Of a stretch of DNA of 64,000 nucleotides, positions 62,835 through 64,000 are shown one piece after another. The notes beneath the pieces were generated by a model that saw only the letters and a program-made list of their open reading frames with translations, searched no databases and had not been told where the DNA came from. The DNA is from Isurus oxyrinchus (lineage: Eukaryota), in NCBI GenBank assembly GCA_026770705.1, contig JANJGN010000013.1:58776001-58840000 (forward strand), in the 5' to 3' direction. The translations under genes and the position numbers were made by a program. Numbering within the stretch: position 1 is the first letter of the stretch; each line of letters begins with the position of its first letter.

Positions 62835-63020
62835 AAAGCAAAATACTGCAGATGCTAGAAATCTGAAACAAAAACAGAAAATGCTAGAAAAACTCAGCAG
62901 GTCAAGCAGCATATGTGGCTCTGCAGAAGGGTCACACGGACTCGAAACGTTAACTCTGTTTCTCTCTCCCCAGATGCTGCCAGACCTGCTGAGTTTTCCA
63001 ACATTTTCTATTTTTGTTTG
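62835..63020. mobile_element. Inverted pair of hammerhead-bearing repeats
   Basis: Left arm 62835-62918 is the reverse complement of the family tail at 62969-63020; between them CTGCAGA-A-GGGTC-acacg-GACTC-GAAA-CGTT-AAC (62921-62954, +). Confidence 0.8.
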
Positions 63021-63184
63021 TAGCATAATCTGAGTGCGGGGCTGGGATGGAGAACAAACCAGGCTCTCTCGGGGGGTAGGGCAGTGCACGTGGAGGAGCA
63101 CTGAGAACAGCACAATGGAGGTCAACCCTCTGATTCCTGCTGATTTGGTGCAGTTTATAAAGGGCAGAATCCCAGGAGAGAAAA

Positions 63185-63585
63185 AGAAAGGCTTGCATTT
63201 CTGTAACACTTTTCATGACCATCGGGCATTTCCAAGCTCTTTACAGACCATGACGCACTTTCTGAATGTAAAACGTGGCAACTGATTTGCGTTCAGTAAA
63301 CGCCCACAAACAACAATGTAATAATAACCAGATAGTTGTTTTTTGTGATGTTGACTGCGGGATAACTATTGACCAGGATATTGGGGATAACTCTCCTACT
63401 TCTCTTCGAAATATTGCCATGGGATCTTTTACATCCATCGGAGCAGACAGATGGGACCTCACTTCAATGTCTCATCTGGAAAACGGCACGTCCGGCAGTA
63501 CAGTGCTCCTTCAGCACTGCACTTTCGTGTCAGGCTTGGTTTTTGTGCTCAAGCCCTGGAATGACATATTGCTGACTTTGAAGTG
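63185..63585 (-). mobile_element. Deu-domain-like SINE
   Basis: 'gccatgggatcttttacatccatc...cagtgctccttcagcactgcact' is the reverse complement of the central domain at 29925-30130. Confidence 0.7.
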
Positions 63586-64000
63586 ATTAAGGGTTGGATT
63601 GGATGTGATGGTCTGCAGTATAAGATAATTTAATTTGGTCTAATTAGGAATTACTTGGGGAGGGCGAGGGCTTAATTACAGACATCCAATCTTTAGGCCT
63701 CAAAGATCAAAACCTGTCTCTGTTCCGTTATAATGTATAAATGAGCCTGTTGATAAGGTTAAAACCAACAACTTCAATCTGATGTGCAATCATTTTCTAA
63801 AATTTTGCAAATTTTATGCCTAAATCAAAAAAATTCAAGATCAACATATTAACACTTAGAATAACAATTCAGGAGTTTAAACTGCCCGATTAATGCATTC
63901 CCTGTGAATTGCAGTCACTCTCGGCAGATTAATACTGTTGGGTTTATTCAAGTATTAATTGGACTGCTGGGTGTCGGTTAGCTCAGTTGCCCAGATAGCT

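Noticed and set aside
63966-64000. tRNA-like start 'gggtgtcggttagctcagttg'
   Set aside because: Cut by the window edge; more likely a SINE head than a tRNA gene

Overview
Repeat-dense vertebrate DNA whose repeats and Ig sequence point to a shark (elasmobranch). Two host-gene features are well supported. (1) A type II (lambda-like) Ig light-chain constant exon on the minus strand (1654-1976) has an in-frame TGA at the conserved C-strand Trp, and I found no V/J partner upstream, so it is probably an orphan pseudogene. (2) An intact three-exon HES5-like bHLH-Orange-WRPW gene (+, 40189-40911, 169 aa) has a CCAAT/CSL/TATA promoter and upstream CSL/E-box clusters; a strong CTCF motif at 31177 lies between it and the Ig exon. 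Most of the rest is nested mobile DNA: CR1-, L2-, RTE- and Tx1-like LINE fragments, Deu-domain-like SINEs, solo LTRs (three with clean target-site duplications), a Gmr1-like gypsy remnant and MITEs. The most interesting non-genic signal is a seven-copy short repeat family carrying a minimal hammerhead-ribozyme fold (Penelope/retrozyme-like). Its stem II co-varies between subfamilies, one copy has an intact core (49980-50014), one forms an inverted pair, and one sits in sense orientation in the putative Ig 3' UTR. A possible decayed signal peptide + Ig-like + transmembrane gene at 50.8-52.6 kb is speculative. Repeat boundaries are approximate unless a TSD is given, and family names come from motif recognition, not database searches.
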